The notes under the pieces: model-generated | The model's input: the letters and a program-made list of their open reading frames with translations, nothing else | Database searches by the model: none | Told to the model about the DNA's origin: nothing | IMG/VR virus record: IMGVR_UViG_3300032092_000023 | Coordinates: 7,509 to 71,508 of that record | DNA from: a virus | Reading direction: 5' to 3' (one strand) | DNA length: 64,000 nucleotides | Shown here: piece by piece, positions 64,000-64,000 of the stretch | How positions within the stretch are numbered: position 1 is the first letter of the stretch | Layout: every line of letters starts with the position of its first letter | Translations under genes and position numbers: made by a program

Positions 64000-64000
64000 T

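Noticed and set aside
1-64000. Alternative genetic code (TAG or TGA recoding as in Lak or some crAss-like phages)
   Set aside because: Core genes are full length in code 11, and TAA, TAG and TGA all terminate genes at sensible positions.

Overview
This is a 64 kb segment of a large T4-like myophage genome (Straboviridae/Kyanoviridae-style core genes) in genetic code 11, with almost all genes on the minus strand. It contains tail and head morphogenesis genes (tape measure, gp26/gp51-like pair, tube, a 1280-aa sheath, terminase, neck, portal, gp2, gp4, gp15). It also carries late transcription genes (gp55 sigma, gp33-like) and replication/recombination genes (gp41, UvsX, gp44/62, gp45, gp46/47, RNase H, topoisomerase II subunits, a PolB split into two genes about 19 kb apart, NAD ligase, NrdJ, dUTPase). 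Promoter motifs and accessory genes point to a Bacteroidota host (inference). Main observations: (1) 21 otherwise unrelated genes share an N-terminal 'MKHIHTFESFLNE'-type leader resembling the T4 capsid-targeting sequence. The leader is also conserved at DNA level and arranged in tandem arrays, suggesting a shuffleable set of packaged and injected cargo proteins. (2) An un-called 206-codon frame is joined to a 528-aa gene by a -1 slippery A_AAA_AAG site. (3) Three promoter classes can be read from the sequence, plus a start-codon-sequestering hairpin with a late promoter inside it. (4) A BPL_N / ATP-grasp / carboxyethyl-ornithine-synthase-like cluster. All protein assignments come from motif recognition by eye; no database searches were run.
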